DNA of 64,000 bases from Coleofasciculus sp. B1-GNL1-01 (GTDB lineage Bacteria; Cyanobacteriota; Cyanobacteriia; Cyanobacteriales; Coleofasciculaceae). The position numbers and the translations under genes are program-made. Numbering within the stretch: the first letter of the stretch is position 1; each line of letters starts with the position of its first letter. The stretch lies in NCBI GenBank assembly GCA_040220235.1, contig JAVJTO010000168.1. One strand, given 5' to 3'. Positions 18,454 to 28,892 of this stretch are shown one piece after another. The notes beneath the pieces were generated by a model that had not been told where the DNA came from, searched no databases, and worked only from the letters and a program-made list of their open reading frames with translations.

Positions 18454-21195
18454 ATGGTTAAGCCACTTAAACCAACCACCGATCCAGCGTATGATATTCT
18501 GCGTTCGGAACGTCAACCCCTGCACTCCTTCTTCGCCCCCGATACCGTTGCTGTGATTGGGGCGACGGATAAAGAGGGCAGTGTCGGGCGAACCCTGCTA
18601 TGGAATTTAATGAGTAATCCCTTCGGGGGAACCATTTTTCCAGTGAATCCCAAACGCCATAGTGTCTTGGGAATTCCTGCTTATTCGAGTATTAAAGATA
18701 TACCTGATCCCGTGGATCTGGCGATCATTGCCATACCCGCCCCTTTCGTACCCGGAGTCGTCCAAGAGTGCGTTGAGGTTGGCGTAAAAAGTGCGATTAT
18801 TATTTCAGCGGGATTTAAAGAAACGGGTTCTAAGGGAGTTGAATTAGAAAAGCAAATCCTGGAAACCGCCCGGGGCAAGATGCGAATTATTGGTCCGAAT
18901 TGCCTGGGTTTAATGAGTCCGCGCAGTGGGTTAAATGCTACCTTTGCCAGTACCATGGCGCGTCCGGGTAATTTGGCGTTTATTAGTCAGAGTGGGGCAT
19001 TATGTACTGCTGTCCTCGATTGGAGTTTTTGGGAAAATGTGGGCTTTAGCGCCTTTATTTCCATTGGTTCGATGATGGATGTAAGTTGGGGGGATCTGAT
19101 TTACTATCTGGGTGATGATCCTCACACCCATAGCATCGTTATTTATATGGAATCCATTGGCGATGCCCGATCCTTCCTTTCAGCGGCGCGGGAAGTGGCA
19201 TTAACCAAGCCGATTATTGTGATTAAAACTGGGCGAACCGAAGCCGCCGCTAAAGCCTCAGCCTCCCATACTGGGTCTTTGGCGGGTAGTGATAATGTCC
19301 TGGATGCTGCCTTCCGCCGTTGTGGGGTGGTGCGGGTGAATACCATCTCTGAACTGTTTGATATGGCGGAGGTGTGGGCAAAACAACCCCGTCGTCCCAA
19401 AGGACCTCGCTTGACGATTATTACCAATGCTGGCGGACCAGGGGTGTTAGCAACAGACGCCTTAATTAGCGCGGGTGGTGCATTGGCAGAACTCTCTGAG
19501 GATACGGTAACTGCCCTGAACGAAATCCTGCCCACCCATTGGAGTCATGGTAATCCCATTGATATTCTCGGTGATGCTGACCCCGATCGCTATACCAAAG
19601 CTTTAGATATTGCGGTTGAAGATCCCAACAGCGATGGCTTGCTGGTGATTCTCACACCCCAAGCCATGACTGATCCGACTCAAATTGCCGAACAGTTAAA
19701 ACCTTATGCCCAGAAAGCTGGAAAACCTGTGTTTGCCAGTTGGATGGGAGGATCAGAAACCAAAACTGGGGAAACCTTACTCAACCGTGCTAGTATTCCC
19801 ACCTATCCCTACCCCGATGATGCGGCGCGGTTATTTAATTTAATGTGGCAGTACAGCTACAACCTGAGTGGGATCTACGAAACGCCAATTTTACCCTCAT
19901 CCGAAGAAACCGGACCCGATCGCGCTTCAGCCCAGAAGATGATTGAAACGGCACGCAAGGCGGGACGGACGATTCTGACGGAGTTGGAATCGAAACAACT
20001 GCTCGCTGCCTATAATATCCCGATTGTACATACTGGGGTGGCAAAAACAGAAGAGGATGCGGTAAATTGGGCAAATTCCCTGGGATACCCGGTGGTGTTG
20101 AAACTCTTCTCGGAAACCATTACCCATAAAACCGATGTGGGTGGGGTGCAGTTGAATCTCACCGATGAAGAAGCGGTGCGCTGGGCGTATAAGACGATTG
20201 AATCCACGGTAACTGAGAAAGTTGGGGCTGAACATTTCCTGGGTGTTACGGTTCAGGAAATGGTGCGCCAGGATGGTGCTTATGAACTGATTATCGGCAG
20301 CATTGTTGATCCGCAGTTTGGACCGGTGTTAGTGTTTGGGTCTGGGGGACAGTTAGTTGAGGTATTCAAGGATCGGGCGATCGCACTCCCACCTCTGAAT
20401 ACTACCCTGGCGCGACGGATGATCGAACAGACGCAAATCTATAAGGCACTCAAAGGAGTACGGGGACGCCAAGCTGTTGATTTAGGCGAACTTGAGCAAA
20501 TTATGGTTCGCTTTAGCCAGTTGGTGATTGAACAGCGGTGGATCAAAGAAATTGACATTAATCCCCTGCAAGCGTCTTCAGATCGACTCATCGCCCTAGA
20601 TGCGCGGATTATCCTTCATGATCTTGACGTAGAGGAAAACCAACTCCCCAAAACGGCGGTTTGTCCCTATCCTCGGCAGTACGTCACCCCATGGCAGCTT
20701 AATGATGGTACGTCGGTGACCATTCGTCCGATTCGTCCAGAGGATGAACCCTTAATCGTGCAATTCCACCAAACGCTATCGGAGGAAAGTGTCTATTTGC
20801 GTTATTTCAGCTTAATGAAGCTGAGTCGGCGGATTGCCCATGAACGATTAACCCGCATCTGCTTTATCGACTACGATCGGGAAATGGCACTGGTGGCGGA
20901 CTATAAAAATCCGCAAACCGGAGAACACGAAATCTTGGGCGTGGCGCGATTGAGTAAGATGCATGGGATTAATGAAGGGGAATTCGCTATGTTAATTAGT
21001 GACCCCTATCAGCGTCGCGGATTAGGAACGGAATTACTGAAACGGATTATTCAAGTGGGTCGCCAAGAGAAACTGACGCGGATTACTGCTGATATTCTGG
21101 CAGAAAATGTGCCGATGCAGAAGGTGGCGGAAAAAGTGGGGTTCCATCTGGAACGGGCAGGTAATGATTTAGTCACAGCCGAGATTCGTTTGTAG
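18454..21195 (+). CDS. ADP-forming acetate--CoA ligase (AcdA-AcdB) fused to a C-terminal GNAT domain
   Basis: [61 protein letters not shown]...YQRRGLG. Confidence 0.92.
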   Translation: MVKPLKPTTDPAYDILRSERQPLHSFFAPDTVAVIGATDKEGSVGRTLLWNLMSNPFGGTIFPVNPKRHSVLGIPAYSSIKDIPDPVDLAIIAIPAPFVPGVVQECVEVGVKSAIIISAGFKETGSKGVELEKQILETARGKMRIIGPNCLGLMSPRSGLNATFASTMARPGNLAFISQSGALCTAVLDWSFWENVGFSAFISIGSMMDVSWGDLIYYLGDDPHTHSIVIYMESIGDARSFLSAAREVALTKPIIVIKTGRTEAAAKASASHTGSLAGSDNVLDAAFRRCGVVRVNTISELFDMAEVWAKQPRRPKGPRLTIITNAGGPGVLATDALISAGGALAELSEDTVTALNEILPTHWSHGNPIDILGDADPDRYTKALDIAVEDPNSDGLLVILTPQAMTDPTQIAEQLKPYAQKAGKPVFASWMGGSETKTGETLLNRASIPTYPYPDDAARLFNLMWQYSYNLSGIYETPILPSSEETGPDRASAQKMIETARKAGRTILTELESKQLLAAYNIPIVHTGVAKTEEDAVNWANSLGYPVVLKLFSETITHKTDVGGVQLNLTDEEAVRWAYKTIESTVTEKVGAEHFLGVTVQEMVRQDGAYELIIGSIVDPQFGPVLVFGSGGQLVEVFKDRAIALPPLNTTLARRMIEQTQIYKALKGVRGRQAVDLGELEQIMVRFSQLVIEQRWIKEIDINPLQASSDRLIALDARIILHDLDVEENQLPKTAVCPYPRQYVTPWQLNDGTSVTIRPIRPEDEPLIVQFHQTLSEESVYLRYFSLMKLSRRIAHERLTRICFIDYDREMALVADYKNPQTGEHEILGVARLSKMHGINEGEFAMLISDPYQRRGLGTELLKRIIQVGRQEKLTRITADILAENVPMQKVAEKVGFHLERAGNDLVTAEIRL

Positions 21196-21300
21196 TTAGG
21201 ATTGACCCACAGACGCTGAATCGTAGGGGTAGGACATTGTAGGGGTACGACATGTCGTACCCCTACAGAACTTTAGACCTCAACAACCAGACGCTTCTGC

Positions 21301-21552
21301 TATATAGCACTACTGGCGTGGCACAGCTAAAATTGTGGAATAGATTTGACCATTGAATCGGGCGCAAGTCTTTGCGCCCCTACAGTTTCCGGGCGTAATT
21401 CTAATTCATCTTGCTAAGGTGTGCCACGACACTACGCGCACACGTTAGGACAAAAGAAGAAAAATTTAAATCGCTCAATCCCTTGTAAGGTAAGCATTTT
21501 TCTTCACTATTGCCCATTGCCTATTGCCCATTGCCTAGCGCGTAGCGCTATA
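21301..21552. mobile_element. MITE-like element (TATAGCACTAC...GTAGCGCTATA) with an internal REP-like insertion
   Basis: Inverted termini of the same family as 33398-33504 and 40093-40199; contains CATTGCC heptamers. Confidence 0.55.
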
Positions 21553-21564
21553 GTATTGGGTGCG

Positions 21565-23418
21565 ATGCTAATTGACTTTCGTAATACCAATACTGTCTGG
21601 GCTTCTATACTGGTGGAAACGTTAACGCGGTTGGGATTAACCACTGCCGTCTTATGTCCCGGTTCACGTTCCACCCCGCTTACTGTTGCTTTTGCACAAC
21701 ACAGCCAAGTTGAGGCAATTCCGATTCTCGATGAACGTTCGGCTGCATTTTTCGCCTTGGGAGTTGCCCGGAAATCAGGGTTACCTGTGGCGTTGGTTTG
21801 TACTTCGGGGACAGCCGGGGCGAATTTCTATCCCGCGATTATTGAAGCACGAGAAAGCCGCGTTCCTCTATTAATTTTAACCGCAGATCGTCCCCCAGAA
21901 CTACGCGATTGTCACTCGGGGCAAACGATTGACCAAGTAAAACTCTATGGCAATTATCCCAACTGGCAAACGGAATTAGCCGTACCGTCTCTGGAAATCG
22001 GGATGTTGAGATATCTGCGACAAACCGTGATTCACGCTTGGGAGCGATCGCGCTTTCCTACTCCCGGTCCAGTACATTTAAATTGCCCTTTCCGTGATCC
22101 TCTGGCACCGATTCCTGATCCAGCCGTCACTGAGTTACAATCCCAATTCCAGGCTGAGGATTTCTTTGCCGCTGTTACTCCTGCATCTGTGCATCCCCTC
22201 TCTCCTGCACCTCTGCACAGGATTCCCTATTCAGATTGGCAAGCGTGCGATCGCGGTTTAATTATTGCCGGGTTAGCCCAACCCCAAAACCCTAAAGCCT
22301 ATTGTCAGGCAATTGCCCAACTTTCGCAATCTCTAAACTTTCCCCTATTAGCCGAAGGGCTTTCTCCCCTAAGAAACTACGCTCACCTGAATCCTTATCT
22401 CATTTCCACTTATGACTTAATCCTCCGGAATCACCAACTGGCTCAACACCTAACACCGACTCTTGTTATTCAAATTGGCGAACTTCCCACCAGTAAAGAA
22501 CTACGCGCTTGGTTAAATACTTATCAACCCCAACGCTGGATTATTGACCCCTGTCATCATAACTTAGATGCCCTGCATGGGAAAACCACGCATCTGCGGA
22601 TTTCTATCGAAGCAATCGGGCAATGGATAACAACAAATAAGACACAAAATCAGACTGTAGGCGCGGGTTTTACAGATAACGTTGTTGACAAAACTGATAA
22701 CGTAACTCAACCCACCCTGATAAAGGAACAGGAGAGAACTGTCTCACCACAAAACCCACATTACCTCAAAAAATGGTATGACGCAGAAACGCAAATAAGG
22801 GAAGCTGTTGATAAAACCATGGCAGAAATGCCGCAATTATTTGAAGGAAAAGCCGCTTGGTTACTCTCTCAATCTTTGCCGCCAGGAACACCCTTATTTA
22901 TTGCCAATAGTATGCCCGTGCGGGATGTCGAATTCTTTTGGTCACCAGGGAATACAGAAATTCAGCCCTGGTTTAATCGCGGTGCGAATGGCATTGATGG
23001 CACTTTATCCACAGCATTAGGCATTGCTCACCGGAATCAGAGTGCCGTAATGCTAACCGGAGACTTAGCCTTATTACATGATACCAATGGTTTTTTACTC
23101 AACAATAAATTTGCTGGTCATCTCACCATCATCTTAATCAATAATAACGGCGGTGGTATTTTTGAGATGTTACCCATTTCCGACTTTGAGCCACCCTTTG
23201 AAGAATTCTTTGCCACCCCCCAACATATAGACTTTGCACAATTATGTTTAACATACAGGGTAGAGTATCAACGTATTGAATCGTGGCAACAATTGCAGCA
23301 ATTACTGAGTTCATTACCGAGTAAAGGGATTCGAGTGTTAGAAATACCCACAAATCGCAAAGCAGACGCAACGTGGCGACAAACCCATCTAAGTTCGTTC
23401 GTAGTAAGGGAACCTTAG
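21565..23418 (+). CDS. menD: SEPHCHC synthase (menaquinone/phylloquinone biosynthesis)
   Basis: CPGSRSTPL, DERSAAFFALG, CTSGTA, NRGANGIDG, GDLALLHD, NNNGGGIF; start taken at MLIDFRN. Confidence 0.95.
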   Translation: MLIDFRNTNTVWASILVETLTRLGLTTAVLCPGSRSTPLTVAFAQHSQVEAIPILDERSAAFFALGVARKSGLPVALVCTSGTAGANFYPAIIEARESRVPLLILTADRPPELRDCHSGQTIDQVKLYGNYPNWQTELAVPSLEIGMLRYLRQTVIHAWERSRFPTPGPVHLNCPFRDPLAPIPDPAVTELQSQFQAEDFFAAVTPASVHPLSPAPLHRIPYSDWQACDRGLIIAGLAQPQNPKAYCQAIAQLSQSLNFPLLAEGLSPLRNYAHLNPYLISTYDLILRNHQLAQHLTPTLVIQIGELPTSKELRAWLNTYQPQRWIIDPCHHNLDALHGKTTHLRISIEAIGQWITTNKTQNQTVGAGFTDNVVDKTDNVTQPTLIKEQERTVSPQNPHYLKKWYDAETQIREAVDKTMAEMPQLFEGKAAWLLSQSLPPGTPLFIANSMPVRDVEFFWSPGNTEIQPWFNRGANGIDGTLSTALGIAHRNQSAVMLTGDLALLHDTNGFLLNNKFAGHLTIILINNNGGGIFEMLPISDFEPPFEEFFATPQHIDFAQLCLTYRVEYQRIESWQQLQQLLSSLPSKGIRVLEIPTNRKADATWRQTHLSSFVVREP

Positions 23419-23519
23419 CCTTTGATGTTGGGTTTCCTGGGAACATCCCAACCTACAACCATTCCTCTTAAATCTGTCAGACTCAGACTTATATTTTAAA
23501 CGTTTAGTAACCTCCCGTC

Positions 23520-23845
23520 ACCCGCCAAGAACTCAAGTTCTTGGCTTATAGCTTAAGTCCACTGAAGTGGACTAAAACTCGTGTTTAGTCGTCTTTAGAC
23601 GACTTAAGCTTTTAGCCAGGGATTTGAATCCCTGGCGGGTCGTTGCGACAGGTTGTTAACATTTTTATTCACTAAGCATTGAGTCCTTGTTCAAAAGCGT
23701 CAATCGCTTCAATTTGGTCGGAAATGAAAACACACTGTTCTCAAGTTCATGGCTTATAGCTTAAGTCCACTGAAGTGGACTAAAACCCGTGTTTAGTCGT
23801 CTTTAGACGACTTAAGCTTTTAGCCAGGGATTTGAATCCCTGGCT
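23520..23845. repeat. Two copies of a multi-hairpin REP-like element
   Basis: About 105-bp near-identical copies (23530-23636 and 23740-23845) with nested palindromes; related sequence at ~1897-1950 and ~62980-63075. Confidence 0.8.
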
Positions 23846-23894
23846 TGTTCTATTTTATCAATTACAATAGCGGAGGATTGTCTAGATTAGGCAA

Positions 23895-26417
23895 ATGGCA
23901 ATAAACAATCATCCATCCATAATCAGCCAAGAAGAAATTCGCGTGCGCGGTACAGTACAAGGGGTGGGATTTCGCCCAACGGTGTATCGTTTGGCAAAGG
24001 CGTGTAATCTAGTCGGAGAAGTTTGTAATGATGGTCAAGGTGTCTTAATTTACGTATCAGGAACAACGGACGCGATCGCAGATTTTGTGCAACGCTTACA
24101 AACAGACTGCCCTCCCCTTGCCAAGATTGAATCGATTGACCGTACTTCTTATCCAGGCGATCGCACGTTCCATGACTTTACCATTACCCAGAGTGTCAAT
24201 AGTACCGTTCAAACCCAAATTCCCCCTGACGCCGCCACTTGTCCTCACTGTCAAGCCGAAACCTTTGATGTGCGATCGCGCTGGTACAATTACCCGTTTA
24301 CGAATTGTACCCATTGTGGACCACGCCTGAGTATTATTCGCTCGATTCCCTATGACCGTAAACAGACTAGCATGGCGAAGTTTGCGATGTGTCCTGATTG
24401 CGCGAGGGAATACCACGATATCGAAAATCGCCGCTTCCACGCCCAACCGATCGCTTGTCCGGTTTGTGGACCCAGGGTATGGTTAGAATGGGCGAATGGT
24501 GAAAAGATTGATACATCTAACCCCATCGATACCGTTTGTACGCTGCTGAAACAAGGGGAAATCGTGGCGATTAAAGGATTAGGCGGGATTCATTTAGCCT
24601 GTGATGCCACCAATGAAACCACAGTACAACGATTGCGATCGCGCAAGCAACGGTATCATAAACCTTTTGCTTTAATGGCGCGAGATTTGGAGGTTATTGA
24701 ACAGTATTGTACTCTGAATGCCGAGGAAAAGGAATTATTACAAAGTCCCGCCGCACCTATTGTTTTAATTGATATAACCAGTAACCGCGCCAATTGTAGA
24801 GACGTTGCAGGTAACGTCTCTACAGCCAAAATTGCGGATTCAGTTGCACCGGGACAAACAACATTGGGGTTTATGCTACCCTACACCCCCCTCCATCATT
24901 TGATTTTGCAACAGCTAGATTCTCCGATTATTTTAACCAGTGGGAATCTCTCCGATGAACCGCAATGTATCGATAATCAAGACGCCCGTTTAAAATTAGG
25001 CAAAATCGCTGATTATTTGCTCCTGCATAACCGTGATATCGTTAATCGTGTCGATGATTCAGTAGTGCGAGTTATCCCGTCTCAACTCAACCCTAAAACC
25101 TTGGGGAAGAATTCAAAGCCTCTCTCCTCGCAGGAGAGAGGTTTTCCCAATCCGGTGAACGATAGAAGCGTTAAAGAAAGACATACCCTCTCCATCCAAA
25201 CCCTACGCCGCGCCCGTGGATATGCCCCGAAACCGATTAATTTACCCCCAGGATTTGAAAAATGTCCACCCATTCTGGCGATGGGGAGTGAACTAAAAAA
25301 TACCTTCTGTTTATTGCGAGATGGACAAGCCATCTTATCTCAACATTTAGGAGACTTAGAAAATGCTGCTGCCTTTAACGCTTACCAAAACACCCTCAAT
25401 CTCTACCTAAACTTATTTGACCATAAACCGAGTGCGATCGCGACAGACAAACATCCCGAATACCTATCGACGAAACTAGGGAAAGAACTAGCAACTGCTA
25501 ATAATCTTTCCTTACATCCTATCCAACACCATCATGCCCATATTGCCGCTTGTATGGCAGAAAATAGCATCCCACTCACGACTCCTCCCCTATTAGGAAT
25601 CGCCTTAGATGGATTAGGCTATGGGGAAGATGGCACAATTTGGGGTGGAGAATTCCTGTTAGCCGATTATCAAGGATTTAAACGATTAGGCAAATTTAAA
25701 CCCATCGCCATGATTGGCGGCGAACAGGCAATTTATCAACCCTGGCGCAATACCTACGCCCATTTAATCGCAACGTTGGACTGGAACAAGTTAAAACAAG
25801 AGTATGGTGACTTAGACTTAATTCAATTTCTGGATCAAAAACCTCATCACCTGCTGAATCAACTTATCGAAAAAGGGATTAACTCCCCCCTCGCCTCATC
25901 TGCTGGACGATTATTTGATGCAGTCGCCGCAGCCTTGGGGATTTGTCGGGCAGACTGTAGCTATGAAGGGCAAGCCGCGATTGAAATGGAAGCCCTGGTT
26001 ATGCCGGATAGCTTAAATTATGTTAAAGAAGGGGGGGCATATCCCTTTAAAATTGGCAAACTAGATCAGGAAACAGAATTAATTTTAGATCCTTATCCCC
26101 TATGGCTTGCATTATTGGACGATTTACAGCAAAATGCGTCAAAGTCCCTCATTGCCGCCAAATTTCACCAAGGATTAGCCGATGCGATCGCGACTATGGT
26201 TCAGCAGTTACGTCCTGATTTAATCAGCAACCAAGTAATCCTCACCGGAGGTGTGTTTCAAAACCGGATTTTATTGACCCAAGTCAGGGAAAATTTAGAG
26301 AGAATGGGGATGAACGTATTGACACACAGCCTAGTTCCACCCAATGATGGAGGACTATCCTTAGGACAAGCCGTAATCGCCGCAAGATGTAGGGGCGGGT
26401 TTAGGGACAATTTGTAG
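23895..26417 (+). CDS. hypF: Carbamoyltransferase HypF
   Basis: GTVQGVGFRP acylphosphatase domain, two CxxC-x18-CxxC zinc fingers, KGLGG, HHHAH, PPNDGGLSLGQA. Confidence 0.97.
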   Translation: MAINNHPSIISQEEIRVRGTVQGVGFRPTVYRLAKACNLVGEVCNDGQGVLIYVSGTTDAIADFVQRLQTDCPPLAKIESIDRTSYPGDRTFHDFTITQSVNSTVQTQIPPDAATCPHCQAETFDVRSRWYNYPFTNCTHCGPRLSIIRSIPYDRKQTSMAKFAMCPDCAREYHDIENRRFHAQPIACPVCGPRVWLEWANGEKIDTSNPIDTVCTLLKQGEIVAIKGLGGIHLACDATNETTVQRLRSRKQRYHKPFALMARDLEVIEQYCTLNAEEKELLQSPAAPIVLIDITSNRANCRDVAGNVSTAKIADSVAPGQTTLGFMLPYTPLHHLILQQLDSPIILTSGNLSDEPQCIDNQDARLKLGKIADYLLLHNRDIVNRVDDSVVRVIPSQLNPKTLGKNSKPLSSQERGFPNPVNDRSVKERHTLSIQTLRRARGYAPKPINLPPGFEKCPPILAMGSELKNTFCLLRDGQAILSQHLGDLENAAAFNAYQNTLNLYLNLFDHKPSAIATDKHPEYLSTKLGKELATANNLSLHPIQHHHAHIAACMAENSIPLTTPPLLGIALDGLGYGEDGTIWGGEFLLADYQGFKRLGKFKPIAMIGGEQAIYQPWRNTYAHLIATLDWNKLKQEYGDLDLIQFLDQKPHHLLNQLIEKGINSPLASSAGRLFDAVAAALGICRADCSYEGQAAIEMEALVMPDSLNYVKEGGAYPFKIGKLDQETELILDPYPLWLALLDDLQQNASKSLIAAKFHQGLADAIATMVQQLRPDLISNQVILTGGVFQNRILLTQVRENLERMGMNVLTHSLVPPNDGGLSLGQAVIAARCRGGFRDNL

Positions 26418-26447
26418 GGGCGGGTTTAGGGAATCAATTCAAATATC

Positions 26448-26546
26448 CACCAATAACGGAACAACAAAACCCGCCCTCCCCACCAATAACGGAACAACAA
26501 AACCCGCCCTCCTCACCACTAACGGAACAACAAAATCCGCCCTCCT
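26448..26546 (+). repeat. 33-nt tandem repeat x3 (CACCAATAACGGAACAACAAAACCCGCCCTCCY)
   Basis: Contiguous units with no spacers; right arm of the GTAGGGGCGGGTT...AACCCGCCCT REP family. Confidence 0.85.
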
Positions 26547-26605
26547 CCAAATTCAAACCTCAGCTTACCCAAAACAACAAACAACCAACAAAGGACAACA
26601 AAAAA

Positions 26606-26851
26606 ATGTGTTTAGGCATTCCCGGTCAAATTACGGAAATAACAGATAAAGAACACCAACTCGCCATGGTTAATATTGGCGGCGTCCAACGCCAAGTTAA
26701 TATTGCCTGTATTATTGATGACAATCATCCCATTGACACCTGTATTAACGATTGGGTATTAGTCCACGTCGGCTTCGCCATGAATCGCCTCGACGAACAA
26801 GAAGCCGCCGAAACCTTACAATTACTCCAAGAACTCGCCTTAACCGAATGA
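26606..26851 (+). CDS. hypC: Hydrogenase assembly chaperone HypC
   Basis: MCLGIPG, WVLVHVGFAM. Confidence 0.97.
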   Translation: MCLGIPGQITEITDKEHQLAMVNIGGVQRQVNIACIIDDNHPIDTCINDWVLVHVGFAMNRLDEQEAAETLQLLQELALTE

Positions 26852-26885
26852 CCAATGACCAATGACCAATGACCAATGACAAACT

Positions 26886-28028
26886 ATGAAATACGTTGAC
26901 GAATTTCGCGATCCCCAAAAAGCCAAAGCCCTACTGCGAGAAATCCAAACCTTAACCACTCAATTGGGCAAAACATCAACCCAACCGCTAAAAGTGATGG
27001 AAGTCTGTGGCGGTCATACCCATTCCATCTTTAAATATGGACTCGAAGAAATCTTACCCGACACCATCGAATTAATCCATGGTCCCGGCTGTCCCGTCTG
27101 TGTCATGCCAAGGGGACGCCTAGATGACGCGATCGCGATCGCAGATTATCCTAATGTAATCCTCACCACCTTTGGTGACGCCATGCGGGTTCCCGGTTCC
27201 CAGAAAAGCCTCCTCCAAGCCAAAGCAGCCGGGGCGGATATTCGTATGGTTTATTCTCCCCTAGATAGCCTGCAAATTGCCAAAGATAACCCGGATAAAG
27301 AAGTGGTTTTCTTTGGACTTGGCTTTGAAACCACCGCCCCTAGTACCGCGTTAACCATCCTGCAAGCCGATGCTGAAGGACTGCAAAACTTCAGTATGTT
27401 CTGCAATCACGTTCTAGTCATTCCCGCCCTGCAAGCCTTATTAGAGAATCCCGATTTACAACTGGATGCCTTTATTGGTCCGGGTCATGTCAGCATGGTT
27501 ATTGGTACAGAACCCTATCACTTTATTGCCCAACAGTACCAAAAACCCTTAGTGGTTTCCGGATTTGAACCCTTGGATATTTTGCAATCCCTGTGGATGA
27601 TATTGCAGCAACTGATTCAAGGGCGCTGTGAGGTGGAAAACCAATATGATAGAATCGTCCAACCCCAAGGAAATCGCGTCGCCTTAGACGCCATGAATAC
27701 CGTCTTTGAAGTACGGCAAAAATTTGAATGGCGGGGACTCGGTGATATTCCCAATTCCGGATTCAAAATTCGCCCCCAATACGCCCAATTTGATGCCGAA
27801 GTTAAATTTACCCTTCCCAATCGTCACGTCGCCGATCACAAAGCCTGTCAATGTGGCGAAATCCTCAAAGGCGTCATGAAACCTTGGCAATGTAAAGTTT
27901 TTGGTACCGCTTGTACACCAGAAAATCCAATTGGAACTTGTATGGTATCTTCAGAAGGGGCTTGTGCAGCGTATTACAAATATGGACGCCTATCCAAAGT
28001 CACCAAAACGGCTGTAGGTATCAATTAA
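26886..28028 (+). CDS. hypD: Hydrogenase formation protein HypD
   Basis: MEVCGGHTH, HGPGCPVCV, GFETTAP, PGHVS, CMVSSEGACAA. Confidence 0.98.
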   Translation: MKYVDEFRDPQKAKALLREIQTLTTQLGKTSTQPLKVMEVCGGHTHSIFKYGLEEILPDTIELIHGPGCPVCVMPRGRLDDAIAIADYPNVILTTFGDAMRVPGSQKSLLQAKAAGADIRMVYSPLDSLQIAKDNPDKEVVFFGLGFETTAPSTALTILQADAEGLQNFSMFCNHVLVIPALQALLENPDLQLDAFIGPGHVSMVIGTEPYHFIAQQYQKPLVVSGFEPLDILQSLWMILQQLIQGRCEVENQYDRIVQPQGNRVALDAMNTVFEVRQKFEWRGLGDIPNSGFKIRPQYAQFDAEVKFTLPNRHVADHKACQCGEILKGVMKPWQCKVFGTACTPENPIGTCMVSSEGACAAYYKYGRLSKVTKTAVGIN

Positions 28029-28348
28029 TCCCCTGTAGGGGCGACCCGCCTGGATTAATTAACAACACTATAGCATTTCCAAGCTGTATGTGAAAATCTG
28101 ACCCCTCCCAAACCCTCCCCTTAGCAAGGGGAGGGCAGGGGTGGGGTTCACAACTCATATAAAACGCTATAGAAACAGGGCAGGTTTACATAAGTGACCC
28201 GTTTTTGCTTGCAAGTTATTCGTAAAACCCGCCCCTACAGATGCTGGAATCGCCCTTGACTCAAACCGATAATTAAACTACAGAATCCGTCCGTTTTCCC
28301 CCATACAATACTGTTAAAACACAGGTTTAGAGTGGAGAATAAACGGTT

Positions 28349-28561
28349 ATGCCATTTGTTACTGTTCAAATTGCCAAAGGTCACTCGGTTGATCAAAAAC
28401 GTGAACTCGCCAAAGCCCTCACAGATACCCTGGTTTCCACTTTGGGCACGAAACCAGAATGGGTGACAATTCACATTGATGAATTTGAGCGCGAAAATTG
28501 GGCAGTTGGCGGCGAATTACATTCCGATAAACCCGGTAAAGGAGGGAAACATCACACCTAA
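28349..28561 (+). CDS. 4-oxalocrotonate tautomerase family protein
   Basis: Pro-2 (MPFVTVQI), QKRELA, WAVGG; usual position between hypD and hypE in cyanobacteria. Confidence 0.9.
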   Translation: MPFVTVQIAKGHSVDQKRELAKALTDTLVSTLGTKPEWVTIHIDEFERENWAVGGELHSDKPGKGGKHHT

Positions 28562-28892
28562 ATTAGAGGCTGTTGAATAAGTGTTATCGTGAGGGGAAGA
28601 TGGGGAACACCTCGACTTCGCTCGGTGTGTCAGATGGGGACATTGTGTAGGGGTTCACTTTCACTATTATCGTTGGAAATGGTGCGTTACGCTTACGCTA
28701 ACGCACCCTACACCTACACCCGCCCCAACTTTACAATGACAAATGACGAATGACGCTAAAAATCCCAATCATCCTATCTTGATGAGAGAACTAAATTCTC
28801 TGTGTAATCAGTGTCAATAAGCTCTCACCTCCCTACCCCTATCTCCCCAAGAAATCCGTGAAATCAGTGTTTTGACCAATGACATAAGACAA

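Noticed and set aside
21421..21564. N-terminal extension of MenD in the ORF track
   Set aside because: It lies inside a MITE/STRR region; conserved MenD sequence starts at 21565
23520..23845. tRNA-like cloverleaf (GGGATTTGAATCCC)
   Set aside because: No proper acceptor, D or anticodon arms; it is a duplicated multi-palindrome repeat with relatives elsewhere in the window
26448..26546. Possible CRISPR array (33-nt repeats)
   Set aside because: Units are contiguous with no unique spacers, derive from a dispersed REP arm, and no cas genes are present
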